Positions 10,340 through 21,285 of a stretch of DNA of 52,921 bases are shown one piece after another; the first letter of the stretch is position 1, and each line of letters begins with the position of its first letter. Where the stretch lies: the NCBI GenBank assembly GCA_003427395.1, contig BFEA01000027.1, positions 2,536,197-2,589,117 of the forward strand, written 5' to 3'. The stretch is from Chara braunii (lineage: Eukaryota > Plantae > Charophyceae). A model generated the notes under the pieces. The model was not told the DNA's origin. It searched no databases and saw nothing but the letters and a program-made list of their open reading frames with translations. A program made the translations under genes and the position numbers.

Positions 10340-10769
10340 ATTGTGCACGAGAGCTGAGACGAGTATGTGCGGCTTTGTAATGAAGAGCTTTCGATGCGTG
10401 TACGAAAGGCAGCTGGCCACTGTTTTCCACTCTTCTTCTTCTTCTTCTTCTTCTTGGAGCTTTGACTATGTCCGTGCAGATGTGATATTCACAATCTGTT
10501 TATGAATGGACACGTGGGGGAGTTGGCCTCGCCATATTCATCTCAAAGCAATTCTTCTTCTGCTTCTTCTCCTGGTTTTTCTTCTTCTGGGTCTTCTTCT
10601 TCTTCTTCTTCTCTTGGCGTCACGAACTGGATGATTTTCGATGAGCCTTCCGCTTGGCAGGCATGATGAAAGATCTCTCCGCTCCTCTTATGCCTTATTC
10701 TTTCTGGTCTGTTTTCGTTTCTTTCTTTCGTGTCCGCCTTGCGTCTGATGGTTCTGTCCCCTTCAATTT

Positions 10770-10872
10770 GACATCTTTATCTTCTTTCCACGTGGACATC
10801 TTTGTCTTCTTTCCACGTGGACATCTTTGTCTTCTTTCCACGTGGACGTCTTTTGTCTTCTTTCCACGTGGT
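10770..10872. repeat. 25-bp tandem repeat x4 containing palindromic CCACGTGG
   Basis: TTTCCACGTGGACATCTTTGTCTTC units. Confidence 0.85.
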
Positions 10873-11581
10873 CATCCTTGTTTATTCCAAACACATCTGT
10901 TTTTTTTTTTCTGTTTTTTTTTTTTTTCTGTTTTTTTTTTCCTTCTGTTTTTGTTTTTATGAAGAAACCATCCGGCCTCCTTTTCACGACACGTGTTTTG
11001 AAGATCCCGATCCCTGCTTGCCGGCCAGGTGAATGATGAGGGCCTCACCTCCTTCCTCTTTTTGTTGCTGTTCTTCTTCTTCTTTCTTTTCCACCTTCTT
11101 TTTCGTCTTATTCTTCTTCTGCGACCTACTCTCATCCCAACTCACTTTGCGTTGGTTGAAGAACCTACTTTCCTCATTTCTCCTTCTTAACCCTCCTCCT
11201 TGCAGCTTTTCCTTTGCGTTCTTTCCTCTCTTTCTTCTTTTCTTCTTCGTCTCTGACTCTGATCTTCTCTTTTTCCTCATGTTGGCTGTCGCAGACCTTC
11301 AAATCCTTTCTTCCATTTTTCTCCTCCTCCTTCTCCTTCTCCTCCTCCTCCTCCTCCTCCTCCTCCTACTTCTACGTCTTTCTCTCCCTCGGCTTCGTTT
11401 TTGGGTCGTCTGTAATTCTGGCTTGATTGATTCTGTGCTGCTTTTTCGTTTGGTTGACTGCGAGATTGGGTTTTGCTTTATCGTATCTTTGGTCGATTGC
11501 TCGGTCTATTTCTTACTTGGTTGCTCTGTCTTTTTCCTTTTCATCTGTTGCCCTCCTTATTGTTTTATGGTGCCCTTTTCC

Positions 11582-11764
11582 GATTGATTGATCGATTGAG
11601 CAATTGATTGTTAGATTGGTAGGTAGATAGATTGATTGATTGACTGATTGATTGATTGAGTGATTGAGTGATTGAGTGATTGACTGATTGACTGATTGAC
11701 TGATTGACTGATTGAGTGATTGAGTGAGTGAGTGAGTGATTGAGTGATTGAGTGATTGAGTGAG

Positions 11765-11823
<59 letters not shown>

Positions 11824-11940
11824 GTGAGTGATTGACTGATTGACTGATTGACTGATTGACTGATTGATTGATTGAGTGAGTGAGTGAGTGAGTGATTGAG
11901 TGATCGATTGATTGATTGAGTGAGTGAGTGATTGATCGAG

Positions 11941-11972
<32 letters not shown>

Positions 11973-11995
11973 CGAGTGATTGATTGAGTGATTCA
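11582..11995. repeat. Compound tetranucleotide microsatellite (GATT/GACT/GAGT)n
   Basis: Direct inspection. Confidence 0.95.
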
Positions 11996-12379
11996 GTGGA
12001 GTTGGCAGTTGGCATGGATCTTCAGTAGAATGCAGAGTTGGCTGACGTACGTCTGTCCGTGCCGGTGGATAAAGCACAAGGGCTCGTCCACCGGTAGTAG
12101 GTAGGTGCCTTTGTATCTGCAAAACGATACATTGTGGTCCGATGATTTACCATTCTTTTGATCCTTTGCCCGGTGATGTCCAATAATCCAGTGATGCCAT
12201 AGCCCGGTCTGGTGATCCTACTGTATGGTCTAATAACAGTACCATGCCGGTTCCGTTCAGGGATCTGTGATTAGAATAATCATATAGAGTTTGTCAGCAT
12301 GGCATGTCAACATCCGCAGCGTACCACCTTCCGGCGCGTGCACCTGTACCCACACACACACACACACATACAGCCCCCC

Positions 12380-12590
12380 NNNNNNNNNNNNNNNNNNNNN
12401 NNNNNNNNNNNNNNNNNNNNNNNNNNNNNNNNNNNNNNNNNNNNNNNNNNNNNNNNNNNNNNNNNNNNNNNNNNNNNNNNNNNNNNNNNNNNNNNNNNNN
12501 NNNNNNNNNNNNNNNNNNNNNNNNNNNNNNNNNNNNNNNNNNNNNNNNNNNNNNNNNNNNNNNNNNNNNNNNNNNNNNNNNNNNNNNNNN
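12380..12590. other. Assembly gap
   Basis: N run. Confidence 1.
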
Positions 12591-12990
12591 TGGCAAGAGC
12601 AGGGGGAACCATTCCTGAGGGATAAAGACACCCAGAGAAAGGGCTATCTGTGTGGTCCGCTGTCCACTGCGCCTGGGCCTAAGGCACGCATTTGCTGAGG
12701 TCGCAGAGGGAAAAAGAATGCTGAGTTCTCGCTGTCGTTCTTCTAAGGGGTAGCCCCCTACCTCTATTGTGTTCATCTGATGCCAGTCAGGATTCCAACT
12801 CGTGTGCTGTTTACTAACAAGGGCGTGTGTGTAGTACTCTCTAGGGCTCCGCAACCGTCCGAGGTCCCCTCCCCCTCCCCTCCCCCTCTTCCCCCCAAGG
12901 AAAAAAAGAAAAAAATTCAAAAAACAAAGTCTGCGTCTGCCAACCCCAGTCCGAATCGTCCACATCAGAAAGCAAAATGAAAAAAACTAA

Positions 12991-13586
12991 GGGAAAATTG
13001 CATCTGTACCCCACGTAAATGTAGGAATACCCGCTATACCCAGTCCCAGCGCCAACTTGCATCTATACCCGGAAAAAGGCCGGTGGAAATGATTTGCATG
13101 CCCAGGAATGATGTGGACCCAGGTTGGTACTGCAAAATTGCGCTTATAACCAACCGCCAGAATGCACAAATTATAAACATACCCAGGCAAAACTATGGGC
13201 ACACCCAGGACTGAGGTGGACCGGCCAAATTATTCATATACCCAGCTACCGGATGGCTGAAATTACGCTCATACCCAGCAGCAGTTGGGCCACAACGGTA
13301 CACTTGGTGGGCTCGAGCGTAATTTCATGGTTCGCGATTCAAGGCCCGCCACTGGGTGTGGGTACACCCACAATTTTGCCAGCCCTATTTCTGGGCATGA
13401 GCATAATTTCGTGCTCTGGACTGAAGGCCTTGCGGGACTGGGTACGACCACAATTTCGCACAGGCGAAAACTTGTTGGGCACTTCGCAAAGTCGAGCGTG
13501 TTCCGGGTATACAGGTGAAAGTTGGCGCTGGGACTGGGTATAGCGGGTATTCCCATCTTTAAGTGGGGTACAGATGCAATTTTCCC
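12991..13586. mobile_element. Non-autonomous Mutator-like (MULE) element/MITE
   Basis: TIRs of at least 85 bp (GGGAAAATTGCATCTGTACCCC... / ...GGGGTACAGATGCAATTTTCCC) and a perfect 9-bp TSD AAAAACTAA (12982-12990 and 13587-13595). Confidence 0.9.
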
Positions 13587-13639
13587 AAAAACTAATCGTA
13601 GACTGTGAATCTGGCAATTGTGTAAAAGGGTAGAGGTGC

Positions 13640-13670
<31 letters not shown>

Positions 13671-13849
13671 GTCTCACTTTTAAACATTATTAAATGTTCT
13701 GCTCCCTTCTTTGTCAAGGTTCTGTTTTAATTGGCGCCAATGACGATTTTGACTGCCAGCAGTTTCTAACTTTTTTTTTTTTTTTTTTCATTTTTTCTGT
13801 TATGATATCCGATGCAGTCCAGGGACTTAGCGTCAACGCCTGGTATACC

Positions 13850-14212
13850 GTTCCTTAAACTGCTTTGTATTCACTCATCTTTGCTTATTATACATGCCGA
13901 ACGGAGAGCAAGTGTGCCTGACAAGCACAGAAGTCCATGCCGTGCCTCACAGGTCGCCATGTCATTGTACAATCATCGCGGGTTTATATTTAGATTTGAT
14001 CTCACAATGATTCGACTGATTCGATCGCACAAGAAAGCGATCAGTCGCTTCCTTCCTTGTGGGATTTATAATCTGAACGTTTGATATATGATACAATCTC
14101 TTGGCGACCTGTGAGGCATGGCATAGATTTCTGTGCTTGTCAAGCATACCTGCTTTATGTTCGGCATGTAATGATAAGCAAAGAAGAGTGAATATGAAGC
14201 AGTTGAAGGAAC
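13850..14212. repeat. ~360-bp imperfect foldback (inverted repeat) just upstream of the PELP1-like gene
   Basis: GTTCCTTAAACTGCTTTGTATTCACTCATCTTTGCTTATT... pairs with ...ATAAGCAAAGAAGAGTGAATATGAAGCAGTTGAAGGAAC; inner CGACTGAT/ATCAGTCG. Confidence 0.85.
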
Positions 14213-14408
14213 ACTGTGTTCGCGATCTGTACCCACCTCCCAACCTATCCTGTTCCCGTCGATCTGACATCCAATGGGATTGAAATTTGCAGCTGAGATT
14301 TACCCTCGCAGAGGGGTGGCAGGGAGGGGTTTGGCGAGAGGGGGGGAATTTTGACAAGGATTGGGCTTGCGTTCTCAAGGGGCAGCGATCGGCAGGAGCA
14401 CAGCTACA

Positions 14409-17400
14409 ATGGCGACTGCGAAGGCAGGTGGTCAAGATGAAGTTTTGATGAGTATGCACGATGTCCGCTTCAGATCCCGACTTCTTCAGCTCTTGATCCA
14501 GGCCCATCTCCCGAAAGATGGGAAGCTGCCGGTGACGCCACAGCACCTGTCTTCGGCGGTCGAGATGCTCACCAGACATCACTTGTTGGCAGAGCCGGGG
14601 ACAAATGGTGACCTTGGATCGATGCGCATGGGAGGTCCTGCGGTTTTCACCAGGAATGGCACACTGGATGGGTGTGCGGGCAATGGTACCACGTCGCGGA
14701 AGCTCGCCGTTGACGCATGGGCTGACCGCCTCGCTTCTTTGCTTGCTAGCCCTGTTGTCGAGAACAGAGCAATTGGAGCCTGCCTGCTAGGCCTCACCTG
14801 CAAAGAGTGTTTGCAGTCACGGTTCCTTGAGTGCTACAGTGGTTGGTTCTCAACGCTTCTGACAATGCTGAAGTCTATCGAGTCGTCTTTCGTCAGAGCT
14901 GCAGCCTGTGCTGCCCTCAGCGATCTGCTTGCCAGGTTGGGTTCCCTCATCGACTGCCCGGGAGTAAGGAGGGATGGTTCAGCGCTGGTGTCCAAACTGA
15001 CCGTTCCACTCTTGCAACTGCTGAGGGATGTGCAGTTGCGTGGAATTTGGCTGGAGGGGGTTGATCTGATATGCACTGTCCTGAAGACTTTCCCGCTTTG
15101 TCTTCGCAGCAGCTTTGAAAAAGTGGAAGCGGTGCTTGTGATGATACTGATGAACACTGGCTGCAAGAGCTCTCTGAGGCAGAGGTGTGCAGAAGGGCTT
15201 GCCTTGCTGCCTCGTGCAGTTGGAGACTCTAACACGTGGAGCCTTTTGATCCGAAGAGTTCTTGTGGCCGTCAACAGTGAACTAGATGTGGCGTTTGCCG
15301 GGTTGGAGGATCCGGGATCAGCGGAGGTGGCTATGGCGGAACTGCTTCCACGTCAGCAAGAGATATTGCCGCTTGGCGGTCCATCGGTTGCAGCTGAGGT
15401 AGCAGCATTCGCTGACGGAGAGACTCCTTTTTGGCGAAGGTTTGTGCCACGCGTCTCGGCCCTGTTTCACACCTTGGAGTACATGCTTACCAATCCCTAT
15501 CCCTCACCTGTTCCTATGCCTCTGAGGCCATTGCTTGCGCTGATCATGAGGGTTCTTGCAGTCGATGGCTCGCGTCCTGTGGGCATGTCGTCACTTGGCG
15601 GCCAGGCCAGCCTCAGTCAGCAAGCATCACTTTGCTCAGAATTGCCCGTCCTCCATGCAGGGGCTTTGAATCTTCTGTCTGCCACTCTCAGAGGTGCTCG
15701 AAGACAATTGTTGCCTGTTGCAGGAGAGATTGCGAGGCTGATGTCCGACTGTCTCCGCAGATCGGCGACACTGCCGGACGACAAGAGAAGCGCTGCGTTC
15801 ACGTTCAAAATCCACCTGTACAATGTCATTACGGAGTTTCTGTATGCAACAGGTGCAGGGGGAATGGTTTTGTCGCTTGCTCCCGTCTTAGTTGGCATTG
15901 CCGTCTCAGACTTGCGAGGACCAGGGAGAGGAGGTGCTGGTGGTGGAATGATGAAGTCCTATTCGAACGACCAGTATAAGGGCAACCAACTCCTCCGGCA
16001 AGGGCCTGCTGGTGTTTCTTCACCTTCAAGACAAGCTCCTTTGGTCGGCAACACATCAGCTTCGGGGGTTCCGTCGGGCCAGCACGGTTCTGTGGGTGTG
16101 TCCACACCGCAGCCAAATCTTCAATCTGGTGGAGGGATCGGAATTAATGGTCACCACAGTCAGGCATCGGCGTCCACTATGCGGAAGAGGAAAGAACCGA
16201 GTGGAACTGTGGCATCAGATGAACAGCTGCCAGCACTTGTAGGGGCCAGTATTCTTTTTTCTGAGGAGGGGGGAGGGTCTACAGATTCAGTTATGGTTGC
16301 AATGTACATTGCTGTGTTGGAAGTTTTGGAAGCACTTTTGACAGTGGGGGGATCGATGCTTCCAGAGAGGTGGCGGGCGGAGGTGGATGCTGTGATCATC
16401 AATGTGGCTATGGCGGTTTGTCACAGTGCAGAGATCAGTGTAGATGGTGGCGGAGGAGTGGGAGATGCTGCTGAAGGAGCTTTGGGAGGGGTCAAAACGG
16501 TCACGCACACCCTCAAGATTGCAGCATGCAAGGCACTCTTGGCGTCAGTACTTGCACCTCGCTGTCACAGACCACCGTTCCTTCCTCAGGCATTATCTAT
16601 TTTCAGACGTTGTCGCCACGAGGCAGGGACGGAGCTGAGCCAGTTCTGCGCCCATGCGTTGCTTGCTTGCGAACCACTCCTTCATCCGCGAGCTCTACCA
16701 TATCCCGCCACAACATCGCCCATTTTGAGTGCACCTGTAGGGCATGGAAAAGGGTTTGTGGCCCTGAGCAACAATCAGGCAGCGAATAAAACGTATACCA
16801 CTAACTTGAACAGAGCAGCTTCAGGCAACGCGGCCGCGTCAGATCGATGGATCGACAGCCAACATCATCCGGGCAGCGGCGACCCATGGGCAGATTTAGA
16901 TTCATGGTTGGGGTGTGCGGACTATGCTAGCGACATGGAACGGGCTGCGTTCGGGCTCTCCGGGTTCGATCTCATGGATATAAATGGTGCTATGATGCCG
17001 ACTAGTGACTCTCTGCTCGGTAACGCGGGTGGAGGGAACCTCGAAACAGCTGCAGTGTTTGGATATGGCGGTGCAAACCAGCAAGGTGGCAGTGAGGTGG
17101 GAATGAGAGACGCTGACCAGGTCGGCCGAGGTCCCGCTGCTATGGCCGATAGCCCTTCCCCGGTCTATACTGCCCGCCTGGCAGCAACTGGTGAAAGCAA
17201 GGACATTATCATGCCTGATGTAGGCACTACATCGCAGAGGGGCTGCAAGTCCGGAGAACTTCTTATGAAAACTTCCACCTCCTACAGCACTGTACCAATG
17301 GCAATAGTGAAAGGGACGTCGCCGGGCAACAATGAACTGATGAACAGAGTGACAGGAGGGAGAGGGGTAGATCATGCAGGGGCTGAACCAAATCTGCCCA

Positions 17401-18149
17401 CAGAGAAGCTGGGAACCGGGTTACGGACATCAGTTACAACAGGCACAGCAGCAACATCGGGTGGTGGTCACGCTGGCATGAGGGATTTGCATGGGATAAT
17501 GGATGTTGAACCGTCAGCGGGAGGTGGCGCTGGAGGTGGGGGTGGGGGTGGGAGTCGAGAGGTACGCGATGCTTACAGAACAGGTCTTTTGGACAGACCT
17601 TATATGATGGGTAAAGGGGCGGATAAAGTGGAAGGTTGTTCTACAGTCAGAGGAGGATCTGGCCCTGTAGCCACTGCCAGTTTGCCTATGCGGCTGGGTG
17701 TGGATCCGGATCCGGGACCTTGCGAATTGAACTGGAGTAGAGGATCATCAGGAAGTGACAAGACCCCACCTTTGGTCTCATCATCCCCCTCCAACACCAA
17801 ATTACAAGTGGATGAAATCGGTGGAGTGGTTTCGGTAGGCGATGGACTTGTGACTTCTGTGTCTGCATGGCCCCATGCTGCTGCTGTCGCTTCTGATGAT
17901 GCCTCCATCCCTGTTGTAGAGCGCACTAGCCCGGGCTCTGCTGAAATACCTTCCGCAGCAACGCGCGCACCTCATACTGGCACATTATCGTCAAAACATA
18001 GTCCGCAGGCGGAAGTCTCACAGCCACAACTGCGAGCGGCTTATCAGGAGGCTGTGGCTACTGGAGGAACCGAACATGTTCTAGATGACGATTCTGACGG
18101 ACCGCTGCCAGACATTGTTGATGGCGATCCTGATGAAAATATGGAATGA
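14409..18149 (+). CDS. PELP1: PELP1/RIX1-like pre-rRNA processing (rixosome) protein, single exon, 1246 aa
   Basis: Long ORF with first ATG at 14409. N-terminal MHDVRFRSRLLQLLIQAHLP, AVDAWADRL and GACLLGLTCKEC resemble the plant RIX1 HEAT-like domain; also LEALLTVGG, LLASVL..RPPFL..AL..FRR, FCAHALLA.E.LLHPRALP and the C-terminal D-rich LPDIVDGDPD. Confidence 0.85.
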   Translation: MATAKAGGQDEVLMSMHDVRFRSRLLQLLIQAHLPKDGKLPVTPQHLSSAVEMLTRHHLLAEPGTNGDLGSMRMGGPAVFTRNGTLDGCAGNGTTSRKLAVDAWADRLASLLASPVVENRAIGACLLGLTCKECLQSRFLECYSGWFSTLLTMLKSIESSFVRAAACAALSDLLARLGSLIDCPGVRRDGSALVSKLTVPLLQLLRDVQLRGIWLEGVDLICTVLKTFPLCLRSSFEKVEAVLVMILMNTGCKSSLRQRCAEGLALLPRAVGDSNTWSLLIRRVLVAVNSELDVAFAGLEDPGSAEVAMAELLPRQQEILPLGGPSVAAEVAAFADGETPFWRRFVPRVSALFHTLEYMLTNPYPSPVPMPLRPLLALIMRVLAVDGSRPVGMSSLGGQASLSQQASLCSELPVLHAGALNLLSATLRGARRQLLPVAGEIARLMSDCLRRSATLPDDKRSAAFTFKIHLYNVITEFLYATGAGGMVLSLAPVLVGIAVSDLRGPGRGGAGGGMMKSYSNDQYKGNQLLRQGPAGVSSPSRQAPLVGNTSASGVPSGQHGSVGVSTPQPNLQSGGGIGINGHHSQASASTMRKRKEPSGTVASDEQLPALVGASILFSEEGGGSTDSVMVAMYIAVLEVLEALLTVGGSMLPERWRAEVDAVIINVAMAVCHSAEISVDGGGGVGDAAEGALGGVKTVTHTLKIAACKALLASVLAPRCHRPPFLPQALSIFRRCRHEAGTELSQFCAHALLACEPLLHPRALPYPATTSPILSAPVGHGKGFVALSNNQAANKTYTTNLNRAASGNAAASDRWIDSQHHPGSGDPWADLDSWLGCADYASDMERAAFGLSGFDLMDINGAMMPTSDSLLGNAGGGNLETAAVFGYGGANQQGGSEVGMRDADQVGRGPAAMADSPSPVYTARLAATGESKDIIMPDVGTTSQRGCKSGELLMKTSTSYSTVPMAIVKGTSPGNNELMNRVTGGRGVDHAGAEPNLPTEKLGTGLRTSVTTGTAATSGGGHAGMRDLHGIMDVEPSAGGGAGGGGGGGSREVRDAYRTGLLDRPYMMGKGADKVEGCSTVRGGSGPVATASLPMRLGVDPDPGPCELNWSRGSSGSDKTPPLVSSSPSNTKLQVDEIGGVVSVGDGLVTSVSAWPHAAAVASDDASIPVVERTSPGSAEIPSAATRAPHTGTLSSKHSPQAEVSQPQLRAAYQEAVATGGTEHVLDDDSDGPLPDIVDGDPDENME

Positions 18150-18395
18150 GAGACAGAGCGCACTAGCCCGGGCTCTGCTGAAATACCTTCCGCAGCAACT
18201 GACACGCCTGGTACTGGCACATTATCGTCAAAACATAGTCCGCAGGCGAAAGTCTGGCTGCCACAACTGCCTGCGAGTGGCTTATCAGGAGGCTGTGGCT
18301 ACTGGAGGAACCCAACATGTTCTAGATGACGATTCTGATGGACCGCTACCAGACATTGTTGACGGCAATCCTGATCAAAATATGGAATGAGAGAG
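17918..18395 (+). repeat. Tandem duplication of the last ~237 bp of the PELP1-like CDS; second copy frameshifted
   Basis: 17918-18154 is repeated at 18155-18395, including the stop codon ATGGAATGA. Confidence 0.9.
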
Positions 18396-19970
18396 AGAGA
18401 GAGAGAGGAGATTTGTTCTAGGTCTTGTGACTATCCCTGGTGGTAGTTGGGCAGTTTGTCTAGCGCGCTGAGTGACTGACCTGACATCGGCAATTTGTCT
18501 ACCGCATTGCCTAAGCGACATCACGATGCATGCCTTTGTTTCAGCCGCGATGACCTCCCTGTTTGGGTTGTCGGTTTGCTAGGCGGTCGATTGCCCCTAC
18601 TGGCAGTCTGGCAGTTTGTGATATTTCAGCAGTTTGTGATATTTCGTGACCAAATTGACATCGACAGTTTGTCTATTGCATTCTTTGAGCGACGTGACGA
18701 TGCTGCTACTGGTAGTCTCGCAGTTTTGATTTCAGGAGTTTGTCTACTGCATTTCGCGAGCAAATTGACGTCGGCTGTTTGTCTATTGCATTTGCATTGT
18801 TTGAGCGACCTCGCGATGCACCCCTTCGTTTCGTTGGTGAGAAACCCAACCCCCCATTTTGGTTGTCGGTTTGCTAGTTGCTCATTTTTTTTCAGTTAAG
18901 AATCTTTAGATCGTACAAGGCCACTCGTTGAATCCAGTCACTGCGCTCTTTACATGCTTTGGCTAGGTTCTGTGGCACCGAACTACTCATTCCACTCGCT
19001 GGTCTGTCTGGTCGCTTGATGGTCCAGAGCAAAGCTTTAGGGGCCCAGTGTTATTGGATCCTGGCATTCAGGGCCCGTTAATTGGGCCCACTTGGTGCTT
19101 CTGCTGGTGGACTGCACACAATTTTATAGGAATGGTCAGTTGCGTGGTCCACTCCGCATTTCTACTGGTAGATGGCTTAGAATGAACTTTTACGTCTATA
19201 CAGTCTAGTATAGACAGTTCTTAGACAGTTCCAAGACAGTTCCTTGGGCATTTGTATGTCAATAACGGGCTGCTGTTTAATCGAAGTGAATCCAGGAGTC
19301 CGTAGGAACGAAGTGAAGAAGAGAGAGATCGACGAATGACAGAGTGCTTGTTAGTAGATTATCTGAGGCTATCTACCTAGTGCCTACCATTATCAAGCCC
19401 GCTGGCAACGCCCCCTCCCCATTGACACTGGCTGATGCTTTCTGGGCCTTTTCTGGCCATCAGATTTGCATCTCGCCAGCCTTAGTTTGTGGCGAAACCC
19501 CCCCCGCCCCCCCAACCCCGCCTCGATGGGCCCCCATGTATGGATTTTGCTGGTGTTGCTCGGTGCTGTCGGGTGGGAAAATGTGGAAGGTTCAATCATT
19601 TAATGTATAAAAGATTTCCCTTCTGTCACCGTGGGACTTATTCTGGCTCATGCCAGCATGGGATTTCTTTGGTTTGCTCCATCCAATGTGCAAAGAGAAC
19701 AAAAAAAAAGTAAAAAGAAAAGAGAAGTCTTTGCTCGAGCAGTTGCTTGAGTTGCGGGTAACTGACACAGCTGCTGTTTCTCGGCGTTCTGTTTGGTTTT
19801 CCTGGCGGGGCTCCAGCGACGGTTTCCCCCCCCGTATTCTGCCTCCGCGCCAACTCGCGGCAGTAGTTCTTTTTTCCCCGCTGGGAATTTCGTATCTAGC
19901 GGCGCCTAGGGGACCCCCCCTGCACCGCTTGCCAAACACAATTGTTTTGAAGGTATCAGGATCTGTCATG

Positions 19971-20281
19971 AGCGGCGAGGCCCCGACTCGCCGAACGCCA
20001 ACGCTCTGAATGAATTCTAACACCAACTTGGTCCGGATACATTGAAAATGTTGGCATTTGGCGACTAGTGCGGCGAGGCCCACAGTCGTGATGGTCAGTT
20101 GCTGCACCCGTGAGCTGTTGGAATACAGAGACCAGAGCGGCGAGGCCCCGACACTCGCCTAACGCCAACGCTCTGAATGAATTCTAACACCAACTTGGTC
20201 CGGATACATTGAAAATGTTGGCATTTGGCGACTAGTGCGGCGAGGCCCACAGTCGTGACACCCGTGAGCTGTTGGAATACA
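19971..20281. repeat. ~165-bp tandem duplication
   Basis: AGCGGCGAGGCCCCGAC...GAATGAATTCTAACACCAACTTGGTCCGGATACATTG at 19971 and 20136. Confidence 0.85.
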
Positions 20282-21285
20282 CAGCCTCTTGCTCAACCAC
20301 TCACCAAATGTGCAAAACGAGAATGAATCTTCCGCTAGAACATGGAAAGATACACAACCATATTTTCTGTGTCAAAAAAAGAAAAAGAAAAAAAAAAAGT
20401 GTCTTTTCTGCATGTGCTGAGGGGTTGGTCGACGTCCTAAGTCCCAGTAGCGGGAGTTAGTTTCCCCTTCAAGTATTTCTGAACGAGGCCACAGTGTGGC
20501 TGTCAGATGTTCACATCTGATGGCAGGAGTCGATGCGTACAGGGAACCAAATCTCACCCCTGCTAGTGGGACTTGAACCACCACCACTCCCGCCGTCCTA
20601 AAGTCGGGGGGACCGGTAGCACAGGTTGACGAGCGCTAGCGGTAGCACAGTGGGGAGAACCAGGGGAGTTGTAAAAATGGAAAATCCAGCGAATTGCTGC
20701 TGCAATATATTTTGCAGTTTAGACTTTTTTTTTTTTTTTTTTTCTTCCTGGAAAGATCACGGCCATCTCCATGGACCCTCCAATGTCGGATTTCTTGACA
20801 CATTCTTTTGATCGTGAAAAATCGCAGCTACCACGTGTTGCCCAACGGGAATTTTCCAGAATATATTTTGCGGCTTAGACAATTTTTTGCAGCTACCACG
20901 CCTTAGACCGTTGCAGCGCCACCACGTGTGCCCAACGGGAATTTTCCTGAAGTTGACGTACTTTTTCCCGTTGGTCCACACGTGGTAGCGCCGTCAAATT
21001 AGAAAATGAGAGAATCGACATTTATTTCACGGTCTTTTTTTTTCTTTTTTTTTTTTCGTCCTGGAAAGGCCACGATGACATTCACAGACCCTCTCATTTT
21101 CAGAAATTTTGAGTCATTTTTCTGAGCGCAAAAAATCATGCAAGTTGGGCTACTTTTTCTGTTGACGCTCACTTCGTAGAGTGGAAAAAATGGAAAATGT
21201 GAGCAATCGGCATGGGCTGCACAGCATATTTCTCACGGTCCAAATTTTTTTATTTTCTGGTAGTTTTCCTGGAAAGATCACTTCG

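Larger units (their letters stand above)
4821..10431 (+). mobile_element. Penelope-like retroelement (Naiad/Chlamys-type order: GIY-YIG before RT) with upstream gag-like ORF; decayed
   Basis: CCHC knuckle, GIY-YIG, CxC..GH linker, PLE-type RT motifs and a hammerhead in the 3' repeat. 44-bp terminal direct repeat (4821-4864 = 10388-10431, one mismatch). Flanked by (CTT)n on both sides. Several stops and frameshifts. Confidence 0.88.

Noticed and set aside
4821-10431. LTR or DIRS retrotransposon, suggested by the CCHC knuckle
   Set aside because: No protease, RNase H, integrase or tyrosine recombinase motifs seen; RT motifs, GIY-YIG and hammerhead all point to a PLE.
11033-12122. Hydrophobic and SINQ-repeat ORFs
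   Set aside because: Translations of pyrimidine-rich and tetranucleotide microsatellites; the same applies at 1037-1905, 26881-27506 and 40895-41640.
14361-14408. TTG start and N-terminal extension of the PELP1-like ORF
   Set aside because: Eukaryotic gene; the ATG at 14409 is in good context (ACAATGG) and homology starts after it.
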